This document shows, piece by piece, positions 24,956 through 38,312 of a DNA stretch of 64,000 nt. The DNA lies in the NCBI RefSeq assembly GCF_006345805.1, contig NC_043021.1:22010001-22074000 (forward strand), given 5' to 3'. The stretch's first letter is position 1; the number at the start of each line of letters is the position of its first letter. The notes under the pieces were generated by a model, which was not told the DNA's origin, did no database searches, and saw nothing but the letters and a program-made list of their open reading frames with translations. Position numbers and translations under genes: made by a program. This DNA comes from Octopus sinensis (taxonomy: Eukaryota).

Positions 24956-26279
24956 ATAAGTATATATATGCATGAGTTATGTCAAGGAAGTGGCGCCTTG
25001 TAGCCATTTCTGGACACTCAGGAGTGATTACATTCATCTTCCATTTATTACCATTGTTGTACTTTTATGACCTGGTCACTGACACAATTCCACTCCACTA
25101 TAAACAATGTATATTTCTGTGTGTGTGTGTGTGTGTATTTGTATGATTCCTATCTATCTACCTCCATCTATTTATATATCTGTCTGTCTGTCTCTCTATT
25201 TATCTATCTGTCTATATACTTATCTATCTATATAACTATCTGTCTGTGTGTGTGTCTCTCTCTCGCTCCCTCTCTCTCTGTATCTATCTATCTATCTATC
25301 GATTTATCTACCTCTGTCTATATATCTATCCATTTATCTGTCTATCTATCTATATAACAATATGTCTGTCTGTCTGTCTCTTTCTCTCTCTCTGTCTTTT
25401 TCTGTCTATCTACTTATCTATCTCTATCTGTTTGTCTGTCTATTTAATCTCCCTCTCACTTAATATATGTGTTTGTGTGTATGCATATACACAGATATAT
25501 ATATATATATGCAGGTACATCTCCGTAATATATATATATATATATGTCTGTATATAAAATGAGATAGGGGTTGAAAATTCAACCCACCATGGGATAATAT
25601 ATATCCAATATACTGCTAATAGGTACCCAACAAAATTAATACATAGATGTTAAAATGTCAAACAATCAGTTCATCTATTGCATTATATGGGTAAAGGTAA
25701 TAATATTACCGTAAATTATATACAAAATTAGAGGAATGGAGAAATATACTTAAATCAGTAAAACATCAACTATCCGATGATACTCAATCCATACTTTAAT
25801 TACACCATTACATATGAGTAAGGCAATACATAAAATGAAATGAGATATACAGTAATAGTATATATGTCGTATATATATATACTATATATATATGTATATA
25901 TATATGTGTATATATATGTATATATATATATAATATATGTTATATATATATATATGTGTGTATATATATAGATGTGTGTATCATATCATATATATATATG
26001 TGTTATATATATGTATATATATATATGTATATATGTATATATATATATATATATGTATATATATGTAGATATATATATATATATATATATGTATGTATAT
26101 ATATATGTATATATATAGATATATTCAATGTGTCTGCTGACATTCCGTTCTGTATTTTTTTTTCTTCCTTCCTTTCTCCACCTAAACCAACCACCCACAC
26201 CACCCTCCTTCACCAGCAATGCAGAAATAATCATAGAGGAAAAGACAAATAGATAACACTGGAATTTAAACTATTTAAA

Positions 26280-26319
<40 letters not shown>

Positions 26320-26492
26320 GCATACATTAAAAAGACACACATAATGATAAAATAAAAAAAGCCAAACAAAAGCAGGCAATAATTACAAACAGATAAATTA
26401 TTAATTAAATTGTTAAGTTGGAGATAAATACTCTTGAAGATTAAAAACAAAATCATAAAACTCTTAAAACAAAATTATTAAAGAAAGAGAAA

Positions 26493-26532
<40 letters not shown>

Positions 26533-26619
26533 GGTAGAAATGGCATCGTTTTCATTATGGATTTAATGTTGCAAAGCTGCTCAGAAAATTTGGTAATGGT
26601 TAAATGAAGATTATGATGC

Positions 26620-27195
26620 TGATGGTGGTGGCAGTGGTGGTGGTGGTGGTGGTGATGGAGAATGCATGATGTTGATGATGATGATAATTGTGGTGTTGGT
26701 GGTGATGGTGGTGGTGGTGGTGGCTTTTATGAGGTTGGCAACAGCGGCAAAGCGATTATGAATGATGAGGATAATGAAGGTGGCGCTGGTAGTGGTGGTG
26801 GTGTTGGTGGTGATGCTGGTAGTGGTGGTGGTAGTGGAGGTGGTGGTGGTGGTGGTAGTGGGGGGGAGTTGTGGTGGTAGTGGTGGTGGTGGTTGCAGAG
26901 GTGGAAATTGTGGCAGTAATCATGATGATGGTGACGATGGTGATGATGGTGGTGGATAGTGGTAGTGATGGCGGTGGCGATGGTGGCGGCAGATGTGGTG
27001 GTAGCAAAGATGGTGGTGGTTGCGTGACATTGATGATGATGATGGTAATGTCAGGGGCTACATGATGATGATGATGGTGGTGGTGGTGGTGGTGATCATT
27101 GTAGTGTTAGTGGCTGTGTTGATGATGATGATGATGATGATGATGACGATGACGATGATGATGACGATGTTGATGATGATGATGATGATGATGTC
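26620..27195. repeat. (GGT/GAT)n trinucleotide repeat
   Basis: Direct inspection. Confidence 0.9.
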
Positions 27196-27504
27196 TTTAT
27201 AACGCTCTCAAATTAAAAATCCCGACACGAACAATTTCTCGATGCAAGGAAGGGAATGACATGAAAACCTCCAAAAGGATTACTGTGACTCTGACATCCA
27301 TCAGGGTACCTCCATACTACCCTACACAGTACCCTGGTAAAAAAAATCATACTGAGAAACAGCAATAACAGTAATAACAACACAAGCATCCAAGGCAACA
27401 ATAAGTACCAGAGTTGAAAATAAGAACCATGGGGTGCTTTGTTCGGCTAAACCCCTTCAAAGTAGTGCTCCAGCATGGCTACACACCAATGACTGAAGAT
27501 AGTA

Positions 27505-27937
27505 AATTATAAATTGGACATTTCTAATGCCATTTCAGAAACTTGGACGTTATCAAAGAAGCTTGAGAGGCGGTTGGATGGAACCTACACTCGCCTCCTT
27601 ATGATAGCTCAAAATCTCTCGTGGAAGCGTCATCCAACCAAAATGCAAATATATGGGAAACTACCACCTGTGTCATCTCTTGTGAAAGGTAAGAGAGTCC
27701 AGTTTGCTGGACATTGTTGTAGAGTTGAAAAAGAGGTAATTTCTACTCTTCTCCTCTGGAAGCCATCTACTCGCGATACCAGAGGGCGCACACTCTCCTA
27801 CCCTACTCTGATGTAATCTCCAGGGATACAGGCATCCAGCAACAGGACCTCCGTAATGCCATGATGGACCGTGAAGTCTGGCGTAGCATGGTAAATTCCA
27901 TTGTCTTGACCACGGTCAAACAGTGATGATGATGATC
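27505..27937 (+). mobile_element. Second RTE family, 3' fragment with (GAT)n tail
   Basis: SETWTLSKKLERRLDGTYTRLL..QNLSWKRHPTK..VQFAGHC..LLLWKP..GRTLSYP..DREVWR. Confidence 0.85.
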
Positions 27938-27939
27938 AT

Positions 27940-28170
27940 GTGGAGGTGCATAGCTTAGTGGTTAGAGAATTGGACTAATGATTCTCAATTCGTAGTTTCA
28001 ATTCCTGTACAAGGCAGTGCATTGTGTTCTTGAGCAAAACACTTCATTCCATGTTGCTCCAGTCTACTCAGCCGGCAGAAATGAGTAATTCTGCAATGGA
28101 CTGGCGTCTCATCCAGGTGGGGAGTATATATATGCTATGAAACCGGTTAACTGGTCCTCATGATTCAAGT
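27940..28170 (+). mobile_element. tRNA-derived SINE family S5
   Basis: tagcttagtggtta A box, gtttcaattcc B box, ttgagcaaaacacttca core, ggactggcgtctcatccagg; related copies at 59755-59980 (-), 32645-32897, 17285-17395 and 46150-46270. Confidence 0.6.
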
Positions 28171-28303
28171 GAGTCAAGAAGGTGACTCAATGCCATTTTG
28201 TATGTTGTTGCCATGTAGCATTGGTGACTCTACAATGCAAGTCTTCCCAATTAAGTATGAGCTCTCCCATCAGATGAAGCCATAGCATTATTTCCATTAT
28301 TTA

Positions 28304-28717
28304 CTCTTTTACTCTTTTACTTGCTTCAGTCATTTGACTGTGGCCATGCTGGAGCACAGTCTTTAGTCGAGTAAATCGACCCCAGGACTTATTCTTTGTA
28401 AGCCTAGTACTTATTCTTTGTAAGCCTAGTACTTATTCTATCAGTCTCTTTTGCCGAACCGCTAAGTTACGGGGACGTAAACACACCAGCATTGGTTGTC
28501 AAGCGATGTAGGGTGGGGGGACAAACACACACACAAATATATATATATATACATATATACGACGGGCTTCTTTCAGTTTCCGTCTACTAAATCCACTCAC
28601 AAGGCTTTAGTCGGCCCGAGGCTATAGTAGAAGACACTTGCCCAAAGTGCCACGCAGTGGGATTGAACCCAGAACCATGTGGTTGGTAAACAAGCTACTT
28701 ACCACACAGCCACTCCT
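28304..28717 (-). mobile_element. SINE S1 full-length with a 21-bp internal duplication
   Basis: ttattctttgtaagcctagtac is repeated twice. Confidence 0.85.
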
Positions 28718-29195
28718 TTTACATTTGCCAGATATTTGTCCTCATCTTGTTTGTTGTTAACACAGCATTTCGACTGATATACCCTCCAGCCTTCATCAGG
28801 TGTCTTGGGGAAATTTCGAACCTGGGTTCTCATTCCTAAGGTATTTTCCGATGTTATCGTAATCATCACCCCCCCCCCCATCATCATCATCATCATCATT
28901 ATTCTGTAAGGGCTTTCAGCAATTTGCTCTGGATTTCAGTAACAGGGTTAAAACGGCAACCTCTGAGCTACACTTTCTTCTTGTAGAAGAAATGGAAGTC
29001 TGCAGGTGCTAAATCTAGCAAATCGGGCAGAAGTGATTCCATGTTGTTTTTACTATTATTATTATTATTATTATTATATTATTATTATTATTATTATTCA
29101 GGTCACTGCCTGGAATCAAACTTGGAATCTTGGGGTTAGTAGCATGTGCTCTTAACCACTACGCCATGTGCCCATGGGCATATAGAACTGTAATA
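28718..29195 (-). mobile_element. tRNA-headed hammerhead element (family TH), interrupted by a mariner fragment
   Basis: Minus strand: gggcacatggcgtagtggttaagagc..gagtttgattccaggcagtgacc, (AAT)n, then a pLTR-like body with a hammerhead at 28759-28804. Confidence 0.7.
28759..28804 (-). ncRNA. Minimal type I hammerhead (decayed copy)
   Basis: GACAC-CTGATGA-A-GGCTG gagggtatat CAGTC-GAAA-TG-CT-GTGTT; U16.1>C and C15.2>T relative to the family consensus. Confidence 0.6.
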
Positions 29196-29237
29196 GCATT
29201 ACTTTGTTCTGACCTTCTAATGATGTTTTCTTTGCAG

Positions 29238-29387
29238 AGATATTGTGGGTGGGGTGTGGTTGACCATTGCCAACTCCAAATGGATGACCGTTGGCCTACA
29301 AATAATCTCATCTGCTCTTCAACATATCCTGTTTATAGTCTTGCTGGATGTCTGACACCCTCCTCACAAGAGGAGCAAACTACTCAA
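29238..29387 (+). CDS. Candidate coding exon C: RYCGWGVVDHCQLQMDDRWPTNNLICSSTYPVYSLAGCLTPSSQEEQTTQ (3' boundary uncertain)
   Basis: Strong acceptor gttttctttgcag|, phase 0 frame open for 85 codons; donor not resolved (CAA|gtagat shown). Confidence 0.4.
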
Positions 29388-29439
29388 GTAGATGAATTTG
29401 GTTTAGTTACCAATGATTTGACTATGGAACAAGTAGTAA

Positions 29440-30490
29440 TGGTTTATGAGGCAGTGTGTCAAGCAGCATCACTGTGTTTACTCTGCAAGTTGTGAAATTT
29501 GTGTTTTTGTGATCACGTGTATGCTGTAGTCGGTGATTCTTCATGGACAGGAACAAAAGTGCCAATGTGAAATTTTGCGTTGAATCTGGGAAATCTGTTA
29601 CATTGAGCACCGTGGCACATAAAAAGCACCATCTGATCGTGGCCATTTGCCAGCCTCACCTGGCCTCCGTGCCGGTGGCACGTAAAAAGCACCATCTGAT
29701 CATGGCCGTTTGCCAGCCTCGTCTGGCACCTGTGCCGGTGGCACGTAAAAAGCACCCACTACACTCATGGAGTGGTTGGCGTTAGGAAGGGCATCCAGCC
29801 GTAGAAACATTGCCAGATCAGACTGGGCCTGGTGCAGCCTCTGGCTTCCCAGACCCCAGTTGCACTGTCCAACCCATGCTATCATGGAAAGCGGATGCTA
29901 AACGATGATGATGATGATGATGAGCATGCTTTAGCAAACTTACGGTGATGAGGCAATGGGTCGTACGCAGTGTTCTAAGTGGCACAGGCACTTCAAAAGT
30001 GGGAAAACGTCCCTGGAAGACAATGAGCAGTTTTGAAAGACGTGCCACAAATATCACCTCCAGAACTGTGGTATTATGCATCGAGAATTTGTCCCCGAGG
30101 GCCAAATCATCAATTGAGAGTTAGTTCTACTGTAACGTTTTGAAGTGTTTGAAGTGAAGACATTTGGTGAAAGCAACCAGATCTGTGGAGTACAAAAACT
30201 GGTTTCTTCACCGAGCTCTTCTCACCAAAAGCAACATGGAATCACTTCTGCAGCTGCCTGATTTGCCAGATTTAGCACCTGCAGACTTCCATTTCTTCTT
30301 CAAGATGAAAGTGTAACTCAGAGGTTGCCGTTTTAACCCTGTTGCTGAGATCCAGAGCAAGTTGCAGATGGTACATACAGAAAATGACTTCCAGGCCAGA
30401 TTCCAAAAGTGGCAGCAACGCTGGAACCAGTGTTATTACTGCACAATGTGGCTATTTTGAAGAAGATAATGTTAAAACTTAGGTAAATAA
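29440..30490 (+). mobile_element. Degenerate mariner transposon interrupted by an RTE 3'UTR copy (about 29607-29924)
   Basis: SANVKFCVESGKS.. / YGDEAMGRTQCSKWHRHFKSGKTSLED / PDLAPADFHFFFKMK / FQKWQQRWNQC. Confidence 0.8.
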
Positions 30491-30491
30491 G

Positions 30492-30900
30492 TAGGCGCAG
30501 GAGTGGCTGTGTGGTAAGTAGCTTGTTTACCAACCACATGGTACCGGGTTCAGTCCCACTGCGTGGCATCTTGGGCAAGTGTCTTCTGCTATAGCCTCGG
30601 GCCGACCAAAGCCTTGTGAGTGGATTTGGTAGACGGAAACTGAAAGAAGCCCGTTGTATATATGTATGTATATATATGTATGTGTGTGTGTGTGTGTATG
30701 TTTGTGTTTGTCCCCCGAGCATTGCTTGACAACCGATGATGGTGTGTTTACGTCCCCGTCACTTAGCGGTTCGGCAAAAGAGACTGATAGAATAAGTACT
30801 GGGTTTACAAAGAATAAGTCCCGGGGTCGAGTTGCTCGACCAAAGGCGGTGCTCCAGCATGGCCGCAGTCAAAATGACTAAAAAGAGTAAAAGAGTAAAT
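30492..30900 (+). mobile_element. SINE S1 full-length
   Basis: Matches the S1 consensus. Confidence 0.85.
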
Positions 30901-32202
30901 AAGTTATCTTTTATTAAAGATAACCAGTCTAGAAGACACTTATTGATTAACACCTTGTACGAGGGAGCAGAAGCAGGTCTTGTTGGCTTGTAATGAGGTC
31001 CCTCGTCTGCCCCCATAATTTCATATGTAAGCAGTTTTTAAAACATAAACTCCAAACAGCACACTCCACTCGTTTCTATTTCCATGATGCTGAAGTTTAC
31101 AGTTTAAGTCATCCATTTTCATTCAATAGTCTTAAACCAGTTAAGAAAGCACCATTGCAAACTTGTTTTGTTACTTTATGTTTAAAGACTTCAATGTTGT
31201 TCTTTGATTTCGTTTGATAGATTTTAAGCTTGTTTAGAAAGCGTAACAACCAAACACACACGGTAACGACCAGAATAAACACTGCATAACTCTATTTCTG
31301 CTCCTCCACCTTCACGCCATTCCTCTTACTCCTCCTCCTCCTCCTCTTCTGTCTCTTCCACATCCTTCACATCATCATCTCCGTCCTCATCGTTATTTTT
31401 CCTCCTCCTCCTCATCACAGAATAATTCTGGATTTTATTTTTCCTCAAGAATTCACACATGAGGGGAGGGGGAAAAACGAAAATTATGTAAAATACATAA
31501 AAATGACATATCTTATGATTTTAACACATTCCCCACCACTATCACCACCACCACCAGCACCACCCGCACTATCACTGGCACCGGTGTCTTATTTTTTTTT
31601 TTCTTTTCCCCCCTCTTTTGTTTGTTTTTGTTTAATTCGATTCTTATAACATCCTGCAATACTAAACATTTTGGAATAAAATTCTTCAGAGATCCATGTT
31701 AGCTTTTAATTCCTAGAGTGTTGAGTAACAACGAAATTCTTTGTTCAATTCGATTGGAAAAAAAGAAAAGGAAAACAAAAAAAACAAAAAAAAAAAAAAA
31801 AACAAAAACAAAAAAAAACAAAAAATAATAACAAAAAAAGATACAATAAAACAAACAAAAAACCTCCCCGAAAAACATAGCAAAATCCAATCCAACTAAA
31901 ACAAAAAAGAAATAACAACTAACTTCACCGTCTGCGACACATAGACACATATACACACGTATATAAATGTGTGTGTGTGTGTGTTGTTTTATGTGGATTT
32001 CTGTTGCTAAACAACTTTACCGTTTCATATTTATCCGATATCTCAGTAGTTGGAAGCGGTAGAAAAGGGGTGGACTGGAGGGGTGCAGCCAGTCTGTTTG
32101 TGTTCTTGTTTGTTTTATTGGTTTTTAGCTGTTTGGAATATTTTTGCTGAATTTCAAATATAGCAGGTAGAAAGCTACACACCCATCTACACATATTTAC
32201 TC

Positions 32203-32233
<31 letters not shown>

Positions 32234-32595
32234 GACACACACACACACACACACACACAGACTCACATACTTGCAGAATACAAATGTAAAATATATACAT
32301 ATATATACATACATATATATATATATGTATATATATGATATTATTACATACAGACACACACATATACAAATATATTAATGCAAAAGTATGCATATAATTA
32401 TATAGATGAGCACACACACGGAAACATAAACATATATATATATATATATATATATAACGGGAAGCTTTATGAAAATAGACAAAAAAAGAAGGCAGGTGGA
32501 AAACAAACAAACAATTGTATTAATATATATATATATACACACATACATATAAGCTTATTATATGCATACATGCATTTATATCTATATATATATGC

Positions 32596-32645
<50 letters not shown>

Positions 32646-33468
32646 CTCGAGCAAGGCACTTTATTTCACGTTGCTCCAGTTCACTCAGCTGTAGAAATGA
32701 GTTGCGACGTCACTGGTGCCAAGCTGTATCGGCCCCTTTGTCTTTCCCTTGGATAACACTGGTGGCGTGGAGAGAGAAGGCTGGTATGCATGGGCGACTG
32801 CTGGCCTTCCATAAAAACAACCTTGCCCAGACTTGTGTCTAGGAGGGTAACTTTCTAGGTGCAATCCCATGGTCATTCATGACCGAAGGGGGTCTTTACC
32901 CCTTTATATATACATGCGATTATATTTTGCATGCATATATGGATGTGCATATCTTTGTGCGTCCTTCATTGGAGTTCTATCTTGGTGGAGTCTTGTTTTT
33001 GGCATTCAGGGAGGTAACGGATCTGTCACCCAAGTGCATATGGTTCATCGTATTTGATAACGAGGTGACAGCTACCATTAATGGTGTATATGGGCGTGGT
33101 TGTGTGTGTGTGTGTGTTTCTATATTATATGTATATACATATATCTGTGCATATATAAATCTATCTAGTATATATATATATATATATTTTTATTTAATTA
33201 TTTGTATGTGCATTTATGTAGATGTATTTTATTTAATTATTTGTATATGCATATATGTAGATGTATTTAAATGTGTGTGTATATATGAATGCAAGTAAAT
33301 ATAAATAAATATACCATGTGTGTAGGTATTCACACACTTGTATGCACACATTTACACATGCACACACACACACACACACACACATGCACACACACGTGTG
33401 TTGGCATATCTGGTTGATTGGATTGATGAATACATACATATATATATGTGTGTGTGTGTATATATATA

Positions 33469-33508
<40 letters not shown>

Positions 33509-33798
33509 TCTACTGTTGGTGTCTCTTAATCTTGTTACGTCACCCACAGATTGGCAACATAAACAAAGACTCCTTCCTTTTGTCTGTTGGTTAGCTTTTG
33601 CTGACGACACAGAAGTTCTTCCTCATCTTAGCTCTGTACATCCAAGTCTCAGGAAGTTTTTGTGTTGTTCATATCTTAATTCCAGTTACATTTAGTGCTT
33701 CCATATTTTTGGTACTTTCTGTCAGCTGACATCGTTTGGTTGATTTGCGGCTTTCGTGCCTTGCACAAATACTTCTCTGTATCTCCCCTCTCTCTCCA

Positions 33799-33833
<35 letters not shown>

Positions 33834-33842
33834 ATATATATC

Positions 33843-34142
33843 ATCGTGACCGACCAGGCTATCAGATGTTGTTATACATCGCTGGGCACAATGTACTTCA
33901 CATTGTTTTAGCCTTCAAATGTCGCCACCCCGCTGGCTAAGCGAGCAGGCCAACAGAAGAAAGAGTGAGAGAAAGTTGTGGCGAAAGAATAGAGCAGGGA
34001 TCGCCACCACCCCCTGCCGGAGCCCCGTGGAGCTTTGGGTGTTTTCGCTCAATAAACACACACAACACCCGGTCTGGGAATCGAAACCGCGATCCTACGA
34101 CCGCGAGTCCGCTGCCCTAACCACTTGGCCATTGCGCCTCCA
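33843..34142 (-). mobile_element. SINE S3 variant
   Basis: tRNA-like head ggaggcgcaatggccaagtggttagggcagcggactcgcggtcgtaggatcgcggtttcgattccc on the minus strand. Confidence 0.75.
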
Positions 34143-35147
34143 CATATATATATATATATATTATATATATATATATGTATATATATATGCATTTTGTGCA
34201 CTAATTATGAAATCATATGATCTGCGGCTGAATCTGTTTTTAAAAGGCTCGCTTCAAGAGTTGCATTCCCTCGTGTTTGGTACAATGTATTTATTATGGT
34301 AGTTTTGACTTTAAGAGTCCCTCGTAGCATGGGCATTTATGTATAGTAATGCCCTTTAATAAATATAAATATATTTAAAGGGAATAATTAATAATTTTTC
34401 CCTTATGATGTTTTTAATGCGAACTACTTGATAAATTCTTATAAAGATTTTATCCTAATTTTAAATATGTATATATATAATTTATATTCAAATGAATATG
34501 CTACTTAAGTTGAGGCACCATAATTAAGTATGGTATTATCCATGTTTTGGCATAGTTTTTATGGCTGGATGCCCTTCCTAACAGCAACTGCTAATTTTAG
34601 ATCACCTTGAAAATGTGTAATAAAGTATTTTCAGGAATATTAATTTCAATAATTTTTTTCTACATCTAAATATGTTAACATAACGGAAACGGTTGTTGGC
34701 TTTGTAAGGTGAATTCCACAATTAAAGATTTTGTTGTCTGCTACTCTGAATTTCTTGAAATTCTTCTAAATGATATTCGGATGGAATTGCCATACATGAG
34801 GGATTACCTTGGATGTGTTTTCTGCTTGCATCTATTGGTGTCTGATCATTGGATATAGAGAACCAAATTCATTTAGAAATGAGTGCTTTATTGATATCTC
34901 CCTGGATATTTTAATCCATTTTTTCTCTTCCTATATTATATATATATATATATATATACCTACTACCGACAAAACACCACCACATGGATTCTATTGAGAT
35001 CAGTAAGAAACAATTATGAACTTTTCTATTACGCTTAACTTTTTAAAATATTTTTGATAAGGTTCGTTTTTTCAAGAACCGAAACATGTAAAATTCCTAA
35101 GAAAATTAAAATTTATCTAATATAGTGGCGTTTGCAAACTTCTTTTT

Positions 35148-35187
<40 letters not shown>

Positions 35188-36055
35188 CAGGATGCAGTGG
35201 ATATATTGTCATCTAAATTATGCAAAAATGAAAATAACACTGACATCTCATTGTAACAGATATATTTGCCAAAATTACTTTAAAATATCTTGAAATACTA
35301 AACAGTAAATTTATTCAATAAAATTGCCATTGGCTTCAACCACAGCCTCCAGACGACTTTGGAATCTCCTGCAACCCTTCTAGAGGGTCTCCTTGTTTAA
35401 GTCGGTGAATGGTACTATAATCCTTGCCTTCAGTTTATCTTTGTTGTTACAAGGAGTTTTGTTGGACTCTCACTCAACTGCACCCCACACATCATAATGA
35501 AGGGGGTTGCAGTCTGGGGAGTTAGGTGACCAGATGTTAGGGGTGATGTAGTTAGTCATAGAAATTGCCTGACAGCTGTGACTGGATTCTCCTGCTTGTG
35601 TGGCATGATGCAGAGTCCTGTTGCCCAACATTAGGGTCTTCCAGCAGTCACCTTCTTGACCCAGAGCAGCACTACCTCCTTCAGGCATTTGATGTAGGCC
35701 TCCATGTTGAGTCTGAGGCCATGTGGGAAGATGAATGGAAGCATAATGTCACCATCACTAGTGATCACTCCAAACACCATGATGTTTAATGGATGTTTGA
35801 GTTTTATCCCTCCCAGTAAATGTCCTCAGATTGCACTGTCCTCAGATTAACACCCAAACACTCCAGTATGAATGCTAAGTGGTACAGCATATCGTTTCCA
35901 AATTTCTGGCTAAATGAATTGTCATGGTGTTGTTTTTCTCACTGACAGTGCCCTACTGACCCTACTATACTGTGTAGTTGATAAAATCAAAAACAAACAA
36001 TGTACATGAGCAAAATAAAAAATTAAAATGGTGACAACTTACTCATTGCATGCTG
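35188..36055 (-). mobile_element. Internally deleted Tc1/mariner-superfamily element (maT/DD37D-like) with TIRs and TA target duplication
   Basis: TIRs CAGGATGCAGTGGATATATTGTCATC / GGTGACAACTTACTCATTGCATGCTG flanked by TA; minus strand PNIWSPNSPDCNPLHYDVWGAVE..KTPCNNKDKLKAR. Confidence 0.85.
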
Positions 36056-36091
<36 letters not shown>

Positions 36092-36319
36092 TACATATAT
36101 ATACATACACACATATATATATACACACACGTATATACACACACACACATATATATGTATTTATATATTATTTAATGTTATAAATGTATATTAAATATTT
36201 AAAATTAACACTTTATATATATATTATATATATATATATACACACATACATACTGATGTGCATGCATATATATATATATATTATATATATATTATATATA
36301 TATATATATATGTTCTTGT

Positions 36320-36678
36320 TCTTTTACTTGTTTCAGTCATTTGACTGCGGCCATGCTGGAGCACAGCCTTTAGTCGAGCAAATCGACCCCAGAAATTATT
36401 CTTTCTAAGCCTTTCTATCGGTCACTTTTGCTGAACTGGGACATAAACACACCATCATCGGTTGTCAAGCAATGTTGCAGGAACAAACATATACACACAT
36501 ATACGTACATATATACGACGGGCTTCTTTCAGTGTCCGTCTACCAAATCCACTCACAAGGCTTTGGTTGGCCCGAGGCTACAGTAGAAGACACTTGCCCA
36601 AGGTGCCGTGCAGTGGGACTGAACCTGGAACCATGTGGCTGGTAAGCAAGCTACTTACCACACAGCCACTCCTACGCC
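36320..36678 (-). mobile_element. SINE S1
   Basis: Reverse complement of the S1 consensus. Confidence 0.8.
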
Positions 36679-36966
36679 TATAAATATATATATATACATA
36701 TATATATATTGGTAAAAATGGTAAGATAACAAAAGAAAGAAAGAGACCTCAATATTATTTAAGTAGAGGAATTTATCTGTATGCGTATGCACGTGGGTGT
36801 GTGGGTGCACATGTGTACGTATGAACAGGCGCGCTTACTCGTATACTATGAACTTTTTACCCCCTTAATTAGCGGTCATTCGAATAGCGCTTTTGTCTAC
36901 ATAGCATCAATAACACAGTAATTTCCCTTTGTATAACGGTTTTTTTGCATAGCGTTTTTCCGATGG

Positions 36967-37034
36967 CCAGATAACTGAAGAGATGATGGTGTGGATTTCC
37001 ACCTTGGCATCCGAAACTCAGAGTTTTATCTTGG
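36967..37034 (+). ncRNA. Type I hammerhead ribozyme
   Basis: CCAGATAA-CTGAAGA-GATG..GTGGA tt TCCAC..CATC C-GAAA-CTC a GAG-TT-TTATCTTGG: 8-bp stem I with one bulge, palindromic stem III, GUU triplet; base of stem II imperfect. Confidence 0.7.
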
Positions 37035-37127
37035 ATACCGAATAATTGTCACATATTGCATTTACAGATATATATATAGCATTATTAAATCTCAGAATGA
37101 GATGTAAACAGTAATCGCTCGACAATG

Positions 37128-37361
37128 TAAAGTATAATAGCCATCTCAATATGGCTAACCACAAAGGGGGGTGTTACTGTAGCTTTTTAGCCCCAGGAGA
37201 TCATCGTCTCCAGCTGGCTTTAGATGGCCTCCCTTTGCAAATACCTTAAGGGCACAGAAATTGTGTCTAAAGCCAGCTGGAGATGATGATCTCCTGGGGC
37301 TAAAAGCTACAGTAACGCCCCCCTTTGTGGTTAGCCATATTGAGATGGCTATTATACTTTA
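37128..37361. repeat. About 96-bp inverted repeat with a 41-bp spacer (MITE-like or inverted PLE end)
   Basis: Arms 37128-37224 and 37266-37361 are near-perfect reverse complements. Confidence 0.85.
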
Positions 37362-37819
37362 TATATATATATATATTATATATATATATATAAAGAAGAA
37401 AAAGGTAGCCAGAATTTGAATAAAGCTTATTCATTAGGTGTTTTCATTCCTTTCAGAGATTCATCATGAATGGTTCCTCATAGAAAATTCATACTTTTTA
37501 TATATATTTATTATATGTGACTTAGTTGGATAAAAACACATCTTGAATAACCACTCCCAAAGCATCCTCTTTTTGAACCCAATAAAACAAATTCAACTCC
37601 TGTTTTTTTTTCCCTCTCACCTCGTATATAAAAGGCGTGAGTTTCCTATAAGAAATCATTTGTGATGAATCCCTGAATAGGATGAATGTGCTAAATAAAT
37701 AGTTTTATCCAATTCTTAGCAACTTTCTTTATCTTTATATACAAAATCTGTACACCACTTCAAACATTCTATCTATCTGTCTGTCTGTCTATCTATCTGT
37801 GTGTGTATATGTGTGTATG

Positions 37820-38255
37820 ACGTGTTGAGGCAAGTGAAATCCGAATCGAAATCAAATTCAATGACTGGCATCCGTTGAGCGCCATACGAGCATGATCGTT
37901 GCCAGAGTGGCTAACTGGTGTTTGTGTCGGTGGCACGTAAAAAGCACCATTCGAGCGTGACCATTACCAGTGTCGCCTTACTGGCACTTGTGCCAGTGTG
38001 CAGGTGACATGTAAAAATAAAACATGATTTTTCTGTGACTGTTGCCAGTACCGCCTGACTGGCCTTTGTGCTGGTGGCCCGTAAGAGCACCCACTACACT
38101 CTTGGAGTGGTTGGTGTTAGGAAGGGCATCCAGCTGTAGAAACTCTGCCAAATCAAGATTGGAGCCTGGTGCAGCCATCTGGTTCGCCAGTCTTCGGTCA
38201 AATCGACCAACCCATGCTAGCATGAAAAGCAGACGTTAAACGATGATAATGATGA
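37820..38255 (+). mobile_element. RTE 3'UTR copy
   Basis: ggcaagtgaaatccgaatcgaaatc..ggtggcacgtaaaaagcacc..aggaagggcatccagctgtagaaa..(GAT)n. Confidence 0.8.
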
Positions 38256-38263
38256 TGATGCTG

Positions 38264-38312
<49 letters not shown>

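Noticed and set aside
33505-33790. FADD word suggesting a reverse transcriptase fragment
   Set aside because: The surrounding sequence shows no other RT motifs in any frame.
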